A stretch of DNA of 64,000 nt from Bryobacteraceae bacterium (GTDB lineage Bacteria > Acidobacteriota > Terriglobia > Bryobacterales > Bryobacteraceae), in NCBI GenBank assembly GCA_019748195.1, contig JAIEPW010000018.1, forward strand, positions 68,204 through 132,203, in the 5' to 3' direction. Every line of letters starts with the position of its first letter. The first letter of the stretch is position 1. A program made the translations under genes and the position numbers. This document shows positions 9,401-17,072 of this stretch, piece by piece. The notes beneath the pieces are model-generated. The model saw only the letters and a program-made list of their open reading frames with translations. It had not been told where the DNA came from and searched no databases.

Positions 9401-10042
9401 CAGGTGGAGCGCGCGCTCAACCAGGTGGAGCAGCTTCGGGAGCGCATGGAGCGGGCAGCAGGCGATCGGCCGAAGAAACAGCAGAGCGGACCGCAGGGAC
9501 AGCAGCCGGGGCAGCAGCCGGGGCAGCAGACCGGCCAGCAAGGCCAACCGGGATCGCAACCTGGCCAACAACCGGGGCAACAACCGGGACAACAACCGGG
9601 ACAGCAAGGACAGCCGGGCGATCGCCAGGGTGGGGAGCAAACCGGTCCGGGCGGCTCCTTCCAGGCGGGCGGGGCATTGCGTGATGGGTTTGGAGGTCCG
9701 ATTTCCGGCGCGGTCCCGCCGGAGCGCGCGCTGCGCGAAGCGATCCGCGATCTGACGCAACTGCGCCAGGCCCTGGGCTCCGACCGGGAGTTATCGACGG
9801 CGGTGCAGGAGGCGCTGCGCGAAATCCAGAGCGCGCAGATGGGCGCGGTCAACGACCAGGAGCTCGCGGAGCGGTTCAAGCGACAGGCATTGCCGGAAAT
9901 CGAGCAGTTGGAGCTGATGTTACGCCGCAAGCTGGACGAGCAACGTTCCGGGCAGGTACGCGGCGGGAACAACACCAAGATCCCGGCGGGCTATGCGGAC
10001 GCGGTGGCGGAGTACTTCCGCAAGCTGAGCAAGGGCAAGTAG
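6446..10042 (+). CDS. 1198-aa membrane-anchored, Gln/Glu/Arg-rich coiled-coil protein (DUF4175-like partner of BatA/MoxR operons)
   Basis: ATG overlaps the upstream stop (ATGA 6446-6449). Two N-terminal hydrophobic helices, then a beta-rich middle part. A long charged coiled-coil-like region carries poly-Q/G and GQQP tracts. Tail is IPAGYADAVAEYFRKLSKGK. Confidence 0.65.
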   Translation: MNPLDQLNRYLGRLESRLRWAAVSRGAALAAGTALLITVTLVLITNAFAFSERSLFWARVTLFVAVAAAVGFGLLWPLMTLNRRRAARRAESLYPEFQERLLTYVERGETQDPFVELLASDAAGIAGRSEPAKLAPAGRLLALAGSAAFAAAVLLWLILAGPGYFGYGAARLWAGTPRIGAADFYQVLVEPGDKVVRRRSDLTVTARLVGFEAPRVRLMAKYRGSTKWEEANMAPQPSSAAAYEFVFPALPESVEYYVDAGGVQSKHFNVTVVDLPRVKRMKVRYDFPSWLGMASVTEDPGGDLRAVAGTVAELTIEFDRPLALGSVVLDDGKKIELAGNGTRMMARVPVEKDGMYHLAAVEQGQSVRLTEDYFIEARQDREPLLKIARPGRDAKVSPIEEVVVEVEAEDDFALRDVTLHYSVNGTAEKAVKLGGGGKTAQGRTMLALEEFQLVPGDVVSLYATAKDARNTARTDMYFLEAQPFEKEYSQAQQQGGGGGGGEEDSAQISRRQKEIIVATSNELRSKDTRGAAENAKFLGDMQAKLRDQARTLAQRAKARQLSGTNQEFQTFVKEMEAAAASMDQAAPKLQSRAWKEALAPEQQALQHLLRAEAVFRQIQVAFGQQQGGGGGAARDLDNLFDLELDKEKNQFETGQQSSAEQKQKEVDEALEKLGQLARRQQELADQQKKNNQQGFEQRWQQEMLRREAEELQRQMEKLQRSQQAGSQQQQGQQQGQQQQGQQQQGQQQQGQQGQQQGQPSQSGQQSGQQQSASDRRLQEAFDRLRQATDDMRRASQSGQESSQSDAASRRAAERLNEAADLMGGMRRQQASEQMDRIQQRAAQLAEQQKDFANRLRQAYGDAFDPNNRQPRLGRSREEAEKFAQEKDRMKAELDRLEKDMQSAARDFAGSQPKASARLREALGELQQRELRLRMEFNSQAIRRGQGSYVVPREAPVTEGLEAIRDQARQARQALDENAAQQSGKDQVERALNQVEQLRERMERAAGDRPKKQQSGPQGQQPGQQPGQQTGQQGQPGSQPGQQPGQQPGQQPGQQGQPGDRQGGEQTGPGGSFQAGGALRDGFGGPISGAVPPERALREAIRDLTQLRQALGSDRELSTAVQEALREIQSAQMGAVNDQELAERFKRQALPEIEQLELMLRRKLDEQRSGQVRGGNNTKIPAGYADAVAEYFRKLSKGK
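8624..8757 (+). repeat. In-frame (CAG)nGGG codon microsatellite encoding a QQQQG-type tract
   Basis: cagcagcagcagggg units repeated with n = 4,3,4,4,4,2,3, followed by further Q/S/G codons. Lies inside CDS 6446-10042. Confidence 0.9.
9497..9619 (+). repeat. In-frame 12-nt tandem repeat encoding (G-Q-Q-P)n
   Basis: About ten imperfect copies of ggN-caR-caR-ccg (GQQPGQQPGQQTGQQGQPGSQPGQQPGQQPGQQPGQQGQPG). Lies inside CDS 6446-10042. Confidence 0.9.
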
Positions 10043-10044
10043 CG

Positions 10045-11382
10045 TTACTTGCGCTGATTGGCGGGACCGCGCGCGGCCAGAAGGTTGGCGCGGTACTCCA
10101 GCTTCTTGGCGTCCTTCTTCTTGTTCATCTTCTTGAGGAGCGCGACATAGTTGTCCACGGTCTCGATCAGCGCCGGGGTGGGCGGATCATTCGGATCCAG
10201 CGCGGGATATTTCGCGAACACGAGCCCGCGCTTATCGAGGACGGCGATGGAGGCGCGATAGAAGCTGTCGGCTTCCTGCAGCCGGTTCTCACCGTCGGCC
10301 TGCTTGGCCAGCGACGTCAGATCCTGCGCGGTGGTCTGCTCGCGCGCGCTGAAAATCTCCTTCACCAGGGGCTGCGCGTCGGGAGTTCGTCCGAGGCCCG
10401 CATACACCGCGGCCACCTGCTCGCTGGTCTCCTGAGTGGCGGGGTGTTCATTGCCCAACAGCCGGCTGCGGATATAGAGGGCACGTTCCAGCGTGGCGGC
10501 GGCCTTGTCGAAGGACTTGCTCTCAAAGTAAAACTGTCCCAGGCGGTCGAGCGTTTCGGTCACCTCCAGGCCGGCGGGCCCGTGATTGCTCTCGCGCACC
10601 GCCAGGGAGCGCTTCCAGTACATTTCCGTATCGCCGGGGTATTCGCTGCGGGCGGCGTCTCCCAGCAAGTCCAGCACCGGCGCGAGTTCCAGGCCCATCA
10701 GCCCGCTTGCCTTTTCCTGAATCGCCAGCGCGCGCTGCAGCAATGGCAGGGCCTTGGCGGGTGTTTGCTGCAACAATTGCACCCGTGCGACGTTGATGAG
10801 GGCGGGAACATTATCGGGGTGATCCGCGCCGCGATACCGCTCCACGATTCCCAGCGCGCGCTGCGCGAACTGTTCGGAGCCCATATAGTTGTTGGCGGCG
10901 CGCGTCACCTTGGCCAGTTGATTCAGCACCGGCACGATGTCCAGGCTGTTCTTCCCCTTGGCGTTCTCCAGGATCTGCAGCGCCCGCGCGTAGTGGTTTT
11001 CAGCGGTGCCGAACTTCATCTGGGCGAACGCCACCCTTCCCAGGTCGCTGATGTCGGCGACGATTTCGGGGCTGTTCAGGCCGAAGGCGTGCTCGCGCTC
11101 CTCCAGGATCTTCAGGTAGTTCTTCTCCGCCTCGCTGTACTTGCTTTCGGCGCAGAGGCGGTCCGCCGCGGTTTTCCACTCCAGAGTCATGCGCAGGTCG
11201 TACTTGCCGGTCTTGGGCGGGGCGCCTCCGTTGGACGCGGAAGATACCGCGGCCGAGCTCTCCGAAATCGGAGGCGCCCAGGAAGGCTTGCGTAGCGTCC
11301 CGGGCTGCGCGAAAGCGCTGGTTGAGACGGCGAGAGTCGCCAGGCCAAGAAATACGATTCGGGCGGGCACACCGATGGGCAT
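10045..11382 (-). CDS. Secreted TPR-repeat protein (kinesin-light-chain-like TPR_10/12 repeats)
   Basis: Signal-like MPIGVPARIVFLGLATLAVSTSAFAQ. Repeated A..Y.RAL.I-type 42-aa helical units. Convergent with the previous gene, 2 nt between stops. Confidence 0.75.
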   Translation of the reverse strand: MPIGVPARIVFLGLATLAVSTSAFAQPGTLRKPSWAPPISESSAAVSSASNGGAPPKTGKYDLRMTLEWKTAADRLCAESKYSEAEKNYLKILEEREHAFGLNSPEIVADISDLGRVAFAQMKFGTAENHYARALQILENAKGKNSLDIVPVLNQLAKVTRAANNYMGSEQFAQRALGIVERYRGADHPDNVPALINVARVQLLQQTPAKALPLLQRALAIQEKASGLMGLELAPVLDLLGDAARSEYPGDTEMYWKRSLAVRESNHGPAGLEVTETLDRLGQFYFESKSFDKAAATLERALYIRSRLLGNEHPATQETSEQVAAVYAGLGRTPDAQPLVKEIFSAREQTTAQDLTSLAKQADGENRLQEADSFYRASIAVLDKRGLVFAKYPALDPNDPPTPALIETVDNYVALLKKMNKKKDAKKLEYRANLLAARGPANQRK

Positions 11383-11706
11383 GATCGTTCATCGGCGACC
11401 GGCTCGCCAAACCGCAGATGAATCGCGCAAATCGGTACTTTAAACTTTGCGGTCCAGAACGAGGCGGGACGAGGTCCTCGGGCATAGACCTGAGCGGCAG
11501 GATCAGGAAAGTTTGCACCGTCACCTGGTTGTATGCGAATCCTCGGAATTGCCCGCGGAACGCAACCCCGGCGCGGCGTGATCAACGCCACATCGCCTGG
11601 ATCGGCCCTCTAACCAAAAGGAACTCGAGCTCAGGACGCCTAAGCCTGAAGGCATTGGCGATCCGCCGCCAGATGAGAGCACGATCCCGATAGCGCGCGA
11701 ATCCCA

Positions 11707-11736
11707 AATTTCGCCCCCGACAGTTCGAATTTCGCC
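11707..11736 (+). promoter_or_regulatory. Candidate LytTR-type operator: AATTTCGCC-N12-AATTTCGCC
   Basis: Perfect 9-bp direct repeat at 11707-11715 and 11728-11736, exactly 21 nt apart. Sits 89-118 nt upstream of the LytS-type kinase ATG (11825), in the divergent intergenic region. Confidence 0.4.
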
Positions 11737-11824
11737 ACAAACACTAACCAGCTAAAGGAGATCCCCGCTAAAGTGATCCATAACGGGGAACGGGAGGGGT
11801 CGTCTAAATACAAGGACTGGCTCC

Positions 11825-12901
11825 ATGAAGCTGCTTTCGAAGTTCTGGTTGATCTTTGGCGCTTGGACTCTGTACGGATCGTTGATGGCCGTCAACGTTC
11901 ACTACCGGTCCGCCCTGTGGGGACGGCCAGCGCCGTGGGGAAGGGCCTTTGTCGGGGAGATCTCGTACGCATGGCTGTGGTGCCTGGCGACACCGTTGAT
12001 CTTGTGGTTGGGGTACAAGCTGCCGATCCGGCGGGACCGCTGGCTGTTGCCCGTGCTGGTGCACCTTCCGGCCATCATTCTGATCGGCGCGACCACCAAG
12101 GGGATCTGGGACCTGACGATTCCCCCACTGATCTACGACCGCGCATACGGCACATCCGTGCTGAAGACGATGCTCTCGAGCCTGGACTTCAGCCTGCTGA
12201 ATTACGCCCTGGTGCTGCTGTTTCAAGCCGCGGGCGACTATTACCGGCGGTTCCAGGCGGCGGAGGTGCGCAGCGTGCAACTGGAAGGCGAGCTGGCGCG
12301 GGCGCAGCTCACCGCCCTGCGGATGCAGTTGCATCCCCACTTTCTTTTCAACACGCTGCATGCGATTTCCGAGTTGATCCACGAGAACTCCGCGACCGCC
12401 GAACGCATGATCGCCCGCCTGAGCGAGTTTCTCCGGTTGACTTTGGAGAATGCGGGCGCGTCGGAAACGACCCTGAAGAGCGAGATCGACTTCCTGGAGC
12501 GCTACCTGGAAATCGAAAAGATCCGCTTCGAGGATCAGTTGAAGGTGGAGTTCGACGTGGAGGCGAAGGCCCTGGACGCGCAGGTCCCCAACCTGATCCT
12601 GCAGCCGATCGTGGAGAACGCATTGAAACACGGCCTGCGGAATCACGAGGGCGAGCGGAGGATCCGCATCGCGGCCACGCAACTCGGCGGCTCGCTGCAA
12701 TTGCAGGTGTCCGACAACGGCAAGGGTCTGGATCCGGCGCGGCGGGAAGCGGCGCAGATGGGCGTGGGCCTTTCCAACACCGCCGAACGCCTGCGGCGTC
12801 TCTATCAAAAAGATCACCTTTTGTCCATGCACAACCGTCCCGAAGGCGGTTTCGAGGTGACGATTCAAATTCCGTTCCGTCTATTGGGGGAAACCGGCTG
12901 A
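11825..12901 (+). CDS. LytS/YehU-type sensor histidine kinase
   Basis: Hydrophobic N-terminal helices. LRMQLHPHFLFNTLHAI (His_kinase H-box). C-terminal HATPase_c motifs (ENALKHG, SDNGKG, GVGLSN). Confidence 0.9.
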   Translation: MKLLSKFWLIFGAWTLYGSLMAVNVHYRSALWGRPAPWGRAFVGEISYAWLWCLATPLILWLGYKLPIRRDRWLLPVLVHLPAIILIGATTKGIWDLTIPPLIYDRAYGTSVLKTMLSSLDFSLLNYALVLLFQAAGDYYRRFQAAEVRSVQLEGELARAQLTALRMQLHPHFLFNTLHAISELIHENSATAERMIARLSEFLRLTLENAGASETTLKSEIDFLERYLEIEKIRFEDQLKVEFDVEAKALDAQVPNLILQPIVENALKHGLRNHEGERRIRIAATQLGGSLQLQVSDNGKGLDPARREAAQMGVGLSNTAERLRRLYQKDHLLSMHNRPEGGFEVTIQIPFRLLGETG

Positions 12902-12919
12902 AGTGGGGGGTAAAACGAA

Positions 12920-13681
12920 ATGGATCGTATTCGAACGCTGATCGTTGACGATGAGCGTCTGGCTCGCCGGCGGGTTCGCAGGTTGCTGAGCTCGTTTCCG
13001 GATTTCGATGTCGTCGGCGAATGCGCCAGCGGGGGGGAAGCGCTGGAGTTTCTGCAGAATCATCCCGTCGATCTCCTTTTCCTGGATGTTCAGATGCCCG
13101 GCACGGACGGTTTCGGCGTGGTGGAGAATCTGCGGGGGGAGCGCCCCCCCATGGTGGTATTCATCACCGCGTTTGACGAGTACGCGTTGCGCGCATTCGA
13201 AGTCCACGCCATCGACTACCTGTTGAAGCCTTTCGATCCGGAGCGCTTCCAGAAGGCGGTGGGCCACATTCGCGGCGTTGTCGCCACCCGGAACGGCAAG
13301 GAAAGCCAGAAGCTGCAGGCTCTGATCGAGGAAGTGCGGCAGCGCCCGCCGTCGGCCTCGCGCTTCGCGGTGAAGTCGACGGGGCGTGTGTTTTTCGTGC
13401 GCCAGGAGGATATCGACTGGGTGGAAGCCGCCGACAATTACGTGTGCCTGCACGTCGGCAACGACACTCATCTGCTGCGGGAGACCATGAATTCGATTGA
13501 AGCGCGCCTGGATACGTCGCGTTTCGCCCGGATTCATCGCTCCACCATCGTCAATCTGGACCGCATCAAGGAACTGCGTCCGTGGTTCCACGGCGAGTAT
13601 GTGGTGGTGCTGAATCACGGCACGGAACTGACGCTGAGCCGCAGCTATCGCGACAAGGTTCTGCAGATTCTCAACGCCTGA
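12920..13681 (+). CDS. LytTR/AlgR-family response regulator
   Basis: Receiver domain (IRTLIVDDE ... DLLFLDVQMPG). C-terminal LytTR DNA-binding domain (FARIHRSTIVNLDRIKEL). Confidence 0.9.
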   Translation: MDRIRTLIVDDERLARRRVRRLLSSFPDFDVVGECASGGEALEFLQNHPVDLLFLDVQMPGTDGFGVVENLRGERPPMVVFITAFDEYALRAFEVHAIDYLLKPFDPERFQKAVGHIRGVVATRNGKESQKLQALIEEVRQRPPSASRFAVKSTGRVFFVRQEDIDWVEAADNYVCLHVGNDTHLLRETMNSIEARLDTSRFARIHRSTIVNLDRIKELRPWFHGEYVVVLNHGTELTLSRSYRDKVLQILNA

Positions 13682-13910
13682 CCGGTCCACCCTTGGCGAC
13701 CGGTAGTTCACCCCTTTTCCGTGGTGAACAGCCGGTCTCTCCCCTTAGGCTGATTCTCGAAGCAACGCTGAGGCAGGGTACTGCTCTTCGCTTTGGGAGG
13801 GCGTGCGTTATCAGCGCCGAGATTGCAGGCGGAGCCCCTGGCTGCCAGGCCGGGGAAGTGTGCCTGATGCTCCGGTCTGGCTGCCGGCACTCCGCCGGAA
13901 TGGAGCACCG

Positions 13911-14978
13911 ATGAATCCAAGAGTCGCCGCAACACTGCTGATTCCCGTTTTTCTTCCGGCCGCTTCCGTGCGAACGCCGGAGCGTAGCGTTACCCCGGTG
14001 GCGGAAGGCGTGTATGTCATCCGGCATCCCGACCCCAGCGCCGGTTGGGTGCACAGCAATACAACCGTGATCGCGGGCGAGCGCGGGGTGCTGGTGGTGG
14101 ACGCCTGCTTCCTGCCTTCGGTGGCCAGGGAGGACGTCGCGGAGATCCGCCGGCTGACCAACAAGCCGGTGCGATACCTGGTGAACACCCATCACCATAT
14201 CGATCACACGGCGGGCAACAGTGTGTATCGCGACGCTTTTCCGGACATCGAGATCATCGCGCACCGCGACACCAAGCGGCTGATCGAAACGCGCAATCCG
14301 GGGGTGGCGAAGCGGTGGGCCGATCCGAACGGACCGCTGCCGAAGTCGATCGCTCAAATGAAGGAGCGGCTGGGGAAGGGCCAGACCGAAGAAGGAAAGC
14401 CCATGACGGCGAAAGACCGCGCCGATACGGAGCAGGAGATCGCGGACGTGCAGCGCCAAATGCGCGAGTACGCGGCCTACCGGCAAGAGAATCCCACGCT
14501 GGCTTTCGACACAGAAATGACCGTCGATCTGGGCAAGCGGATTGTCCGGCTGCAGTATCTGGGGCGGGCGAACACCACCGGCGACGCCATCGTCTACTTG
14601 CCGGCCGAGAAGATCGTCGCCACGGGCGACATCCTGGTCCACCCCGTTCCCTACGCGGCGGGCGGGCATCCTGTAGAGTGGCTGGAGACGCTGAAAAAGC
14701 TGGCGGCGATGGAACTGAGTATTGTGATTCCGGGGCACGGCGAGGTGCTGCGGGACAAGAAGTTCCTGAACCTGCTGATAGAGGCGCTGGGATCGGCTCT
14801 TGCGCAGATGGAGGCGCAGGTGCGCGAAGGCCGCGCGATGAACGCGGGCGAAGTTAAGATCGACATCGACGATTATCGCAAGCGCATGATCGGCGATGAT
14901 CCGCTGAACCTGACCTGGTGGAACGACATGTTCCTCCGCGGCGTGGTGGAGCGGGGCTTTCTGGGGATCGCGCGCTAG
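13911..14978 (+). CDS. Secreted metallo-beta-lactamase-fold hydrolase
   Basis: The internal ATG at 13911 gives a signal-like MNPRVAATLLIPVFLPAASV. HHHIDH (HxHxDH) motif. The longer ORF start at 13803 gives a non-signal Arg-rich extension. Confidence 0.75.
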   Translation: MNPRVAATLLIPVFLPAASVRTPERSVTPVAEGVYVIRHPDPSAGWVHSNTTVIAGERGVLVVDACFLPSVAREDVAEIRRLTNKPVRYLVNTHHHIDHTAGNSVYRDAFPDIEIIAHRDTKRLIETRNPGVAKRWADPNGPLPKSIAQMKERLGKGQTEEGKPMTAKDRADTEQEIADVQRQMREYAAYRQENPTLAFDTEMTVDLGKRIVRLQYLGRANTTGDAIVYLPAEKIVATGDILVHPVPYAAGGHPVEWLETLKKLAAMELSIVIPGHGEVLRDKKFLNLLIEALGSALAQMEAQVREGRAMNAGEVKIDIDDYRKRMIGDDPLNLTWWNDMFLRGVVERGFLGIAR

Positions 14979-17065
14979 AGCTTCTCCAGCCGCTCCAGGA
15001 TCAGCGCCATGCGGGCGGCGGCGTCCCTCCGCCCGCCGAAGCGCAGCTCCTGATAGGCGCCGGTGAAGTCGCGCAGCAGCGAGTTCATTTCCCCCGCGGG
15101 AACAACGCCGGCGAATTCGTTGGGGGTCAGCCAGCCTGGCTTCTCGATGCCGCGGCGCCGCAGGAGTTCGAGCATGCGGCGGTACAACACGGTGGCGTCT
15201 CCGGCGATCCCCTGGCCGCGATGCGCGCGGCGCAGCCGCAACCGGTCGTCCCACCAGGATCGCAGCGAAGGCCAGAAGAGGTAAACGAACGACACCAGAA
15301 CCGAAGCGAGCAGGAGCCAGGGCGCGTACTCGCGCACCGGACCCGCCATGCGGACCGCTTTGGCCCGGGTCCATCCGGAAGCGGAGTCGAACCAGTCGAA
15401 GCGGAGCTTGCGGCTGGATTCCTCCACGCGCGAGGCCAGAAGCACCTGCCGGTCCAGATCGTAGCTGAGCACCCAATCCTGCCAGAACACTTCGGCGGCG
15501 TCGAGATAGAAATTCAGGCGGCTGAGCAGTCCCGGATTCGCGGCGGACGGGTCGGGCGGCGTGGGATCGAGGGTGATCCAGCCGCGCCGCGGCACCCATG
15601 CCTCCACCCAACTGTGAGCGTCGGAGGCGCGGATCAACTGCCAGCCGCTCACGGGGTTGAACACGCCGCTCTGGAAGCCCGTAACCACGCGGGAGGGGAT
15701 GCCCTCGGTGCGCAGCATCACCGCGAGGGCGGAAGCGAAGTACTCGCAATGGCCTTTTCGGCGCTCGAACAGGAAGTGGACCAGCGGGTCCGGCACCTTG
15801 GCGGGCAGGAGTTCCAGGGTGTAGCCGAAGCCGGTCCGCAAACGCCTCTCCATGGCGCGGGCCTTGCCCTCGGCAGTCGGCTCCAGCGCCGACCACGAGG
15901 CCGCCAGCTCCGCGACGCGGGCATCCATGGGAGGCAGCGACAGGTACTCCGAGCGAAGCGCCTGGGGCAGCGGAGGGGCTTCGGGTATGGGCGCGGCGAA
16001 TTCGTCCTCCAGGAAACTGTGCGCGCCGTACAGCAGCCCGTTCGCGCTGGGATAGCTGACGCGGTAGCTGTCGTTTCTGGTCCGAATGATGAACGGGGAA
16101 GCGATGGAAAGCACCTGCGGCGTGCCGGCGAAGAACAGCGCGTCGGAGGCGATCTCGCGGACGTGGACCTCGTAGTAGACGTCGCGGCCATAACGGCGGC
16201 GCTGATTGGGATCGCCCAGCACAATGCGGCCGCGCTCCACGCGCAGCGGCTCGCCGGTGGCCGGCGGGTTAAACCAGCGGTTGCCGTCGAACCTGCTGAG
16301 CGCGGCGCCGCGCCACTTGTGCAGCATGGATCTGCCGGACGGATAGCGCACGCGCATCACCGCCGTGCTCTGCTTCTTGATCTCGCCCAACTGCCCCAGC
16401 ACGACTTCGTTGGAGAATCCCGGCAGGTGGTATTTCTCCGGAACCAGATGCTGGAACGCGGCTCGCGCGGTGCGCGGCAGCACGAAGAACAGGCCCGCCG
16501 TCAGAATCAGGATTCCGGCGAACAGCCACGCCGACAGCGCCCCCAGCCGCCGCGGAACGCGCGCCATCCCGGTCCGGTCCACCCGCTGTGCCTTGGCCAG
16601 CGATCCGCGGATCTCGCCGCTGGCGAAGGTCGCGATGGCGAACACCAGGAACAGCCCCAGGAAGAGGAAGAAGTTCAGGTGGGCCGATAGCATGCACGCG
16701 GCGAGAAGCTCCAGGAACGCGATCACCTTCACGAACAGGTAGTCGCGCGGGGTGCTCGCTGTGAGGACGCGAACGATCGCCACGAAGAACACCAGGTGCA
16801 CCAGGGCGCGCATGAAATCGCCGGAGATGTAGAGATAATCGAGAGGGAAGAAGCCGAAGTAAGCGACCGTCGCGGCCGCCACCATGCGGCCGGTGACCCG
16901 GAACCGGATCCACCCGGCGATCAGGATGCCGCGCAAGGTCAGGGCGACCGCGGTGGCGATCGCGGTGGGAGCGTCCAGAAATCCCGAACCTAGAACCGCC
17001 AGGTATCCCGACGCCAGCAGGCCCAGCAGCGAGTAGTCGTAAAAGCGGTCGACCGGGCTCGCCAT
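14975..17065 (-). CDS. TgpA-like membrane transglutaminase (DUF3488 TM region + transglutaminase core + DUF4129-like tail)
   Basis: Six N-terminal hydrophobic helices. [15 protein letters not shown] (catalytic Cys), DAHSWVE (His), WITLDPT (Asp). Confidence 0.85.
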   Translation of the reverse strand: MASPVDRFYDYSLLGLLASGYLAVLGSGFLDAPTAIATAVALTLRGILIAGWIRFRVTGRMVAAATVAYFGFFPLDYLYISGDFMRALVHLVFFVAIVRVLTASTPRDYLFVKVIAFLELLAACMLSAHLNFFLFLGLFLVFAIATFASGEIRGSLAKAQRVDRTGMARVPRRLGALSAWLFAGILILTAGLFFVLPRTARAAFQHLVPEKYHLPGFSNEVVLGQLGEIKKQSTAVMRVRYPSGRSMLHKWRGAALSRFDGNRWFNPPATGEPLRVERGRIVLGDPNQRRRYGRDVYYEVHVREIASDALFFAGTPQVLSIASPFIIRTRNDSYRVSYPSANGLLYGAHSFLEDEFAAPIPEAPPLPQALRSEYLSLPPMDARVAELAASWSALEPTAEGKARAMERRLRTGFGYTLELLPAKVPDPLVHFLFERRKGHCEYFASALAVMLRTEGIPSRVVTGFQSGVFNPVSGWQLIRASDAHSWVEAWVPRRGWITLDPTPPDPSAANPGLLSRLNFYLDAAEVFWQDWVLSYDLDRQVLLASRVEESSRKLRFDWFDSASGWTRAKAVRMAGPVREYAPWLLLASVLVSFVYLFWPSLRSWWDDRLRLRRAHRGQGIAGDATVLYRRMLELLRRRGIEKPGWLTPNEFAGVVPAGEMNSLLRDFTGAYQELRFGGRRDAAARMALILERLEKL

Positions 17066-17072
17066 CCCTTCA

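Noticed and set aside
8624-9619. The repeat arrays were considered as CRISPR-like or non-coding satellite DNA.
   Set aside because: The units are 9-15 nt with no unique spacers, all are multiples of 3 nt, and they are in frame within a long ORF. They are codon repeats, not a CRISPR array.
2490-10042. The MoxR-vWA module was considered as an anti-phage or conflict (MoxR-vWA ternary-type) system.
   Set aside because: I could recognise no cytoplasmic effector, beta-propeller/VMAP-like partner, nuclease or caspase-like domain. All partners are membrane or secreted proteins in a Bat-operon-like order. No mobile-element or defence-island context is present.
11383-11706. The large 442-nt intergenic region was inspected for an sRNA, a riboswitch or small ORFs (for example the 91-aa ORF 11418-11693).
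   Set aside because: Apart from the 9-bp direct repeat, I found no convincing stem-loops, terminator or conserved riboswitch cores. The ORF translation is Arg-rich junk.
13838-13885. 9-mer CTGGCTGCC repeated twice (13838 and 13877) upstream of the MBL hydrolase; considered as a second LytTR site.
   Set aside because: The 39-nt offset does not fit the 21-22-nt LytTR periodicity. The sequence is unrelated to AATTTCGCC. A GC-rich 9-mer recurring at an arbitrary offset within about 230 nt is plausibly chance.
13867-13914. 15-codon upstream ORF (MLRSGCRHSAGMEHR) whose stop overlaps the MBL hydrolase ATG as ATGA.
   Set aside because: No ribosome-binding site and no associated RNA structure. It lies in one of several open frames of GC-rich spacer. 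The evidence is too weak to call a leader peptide.
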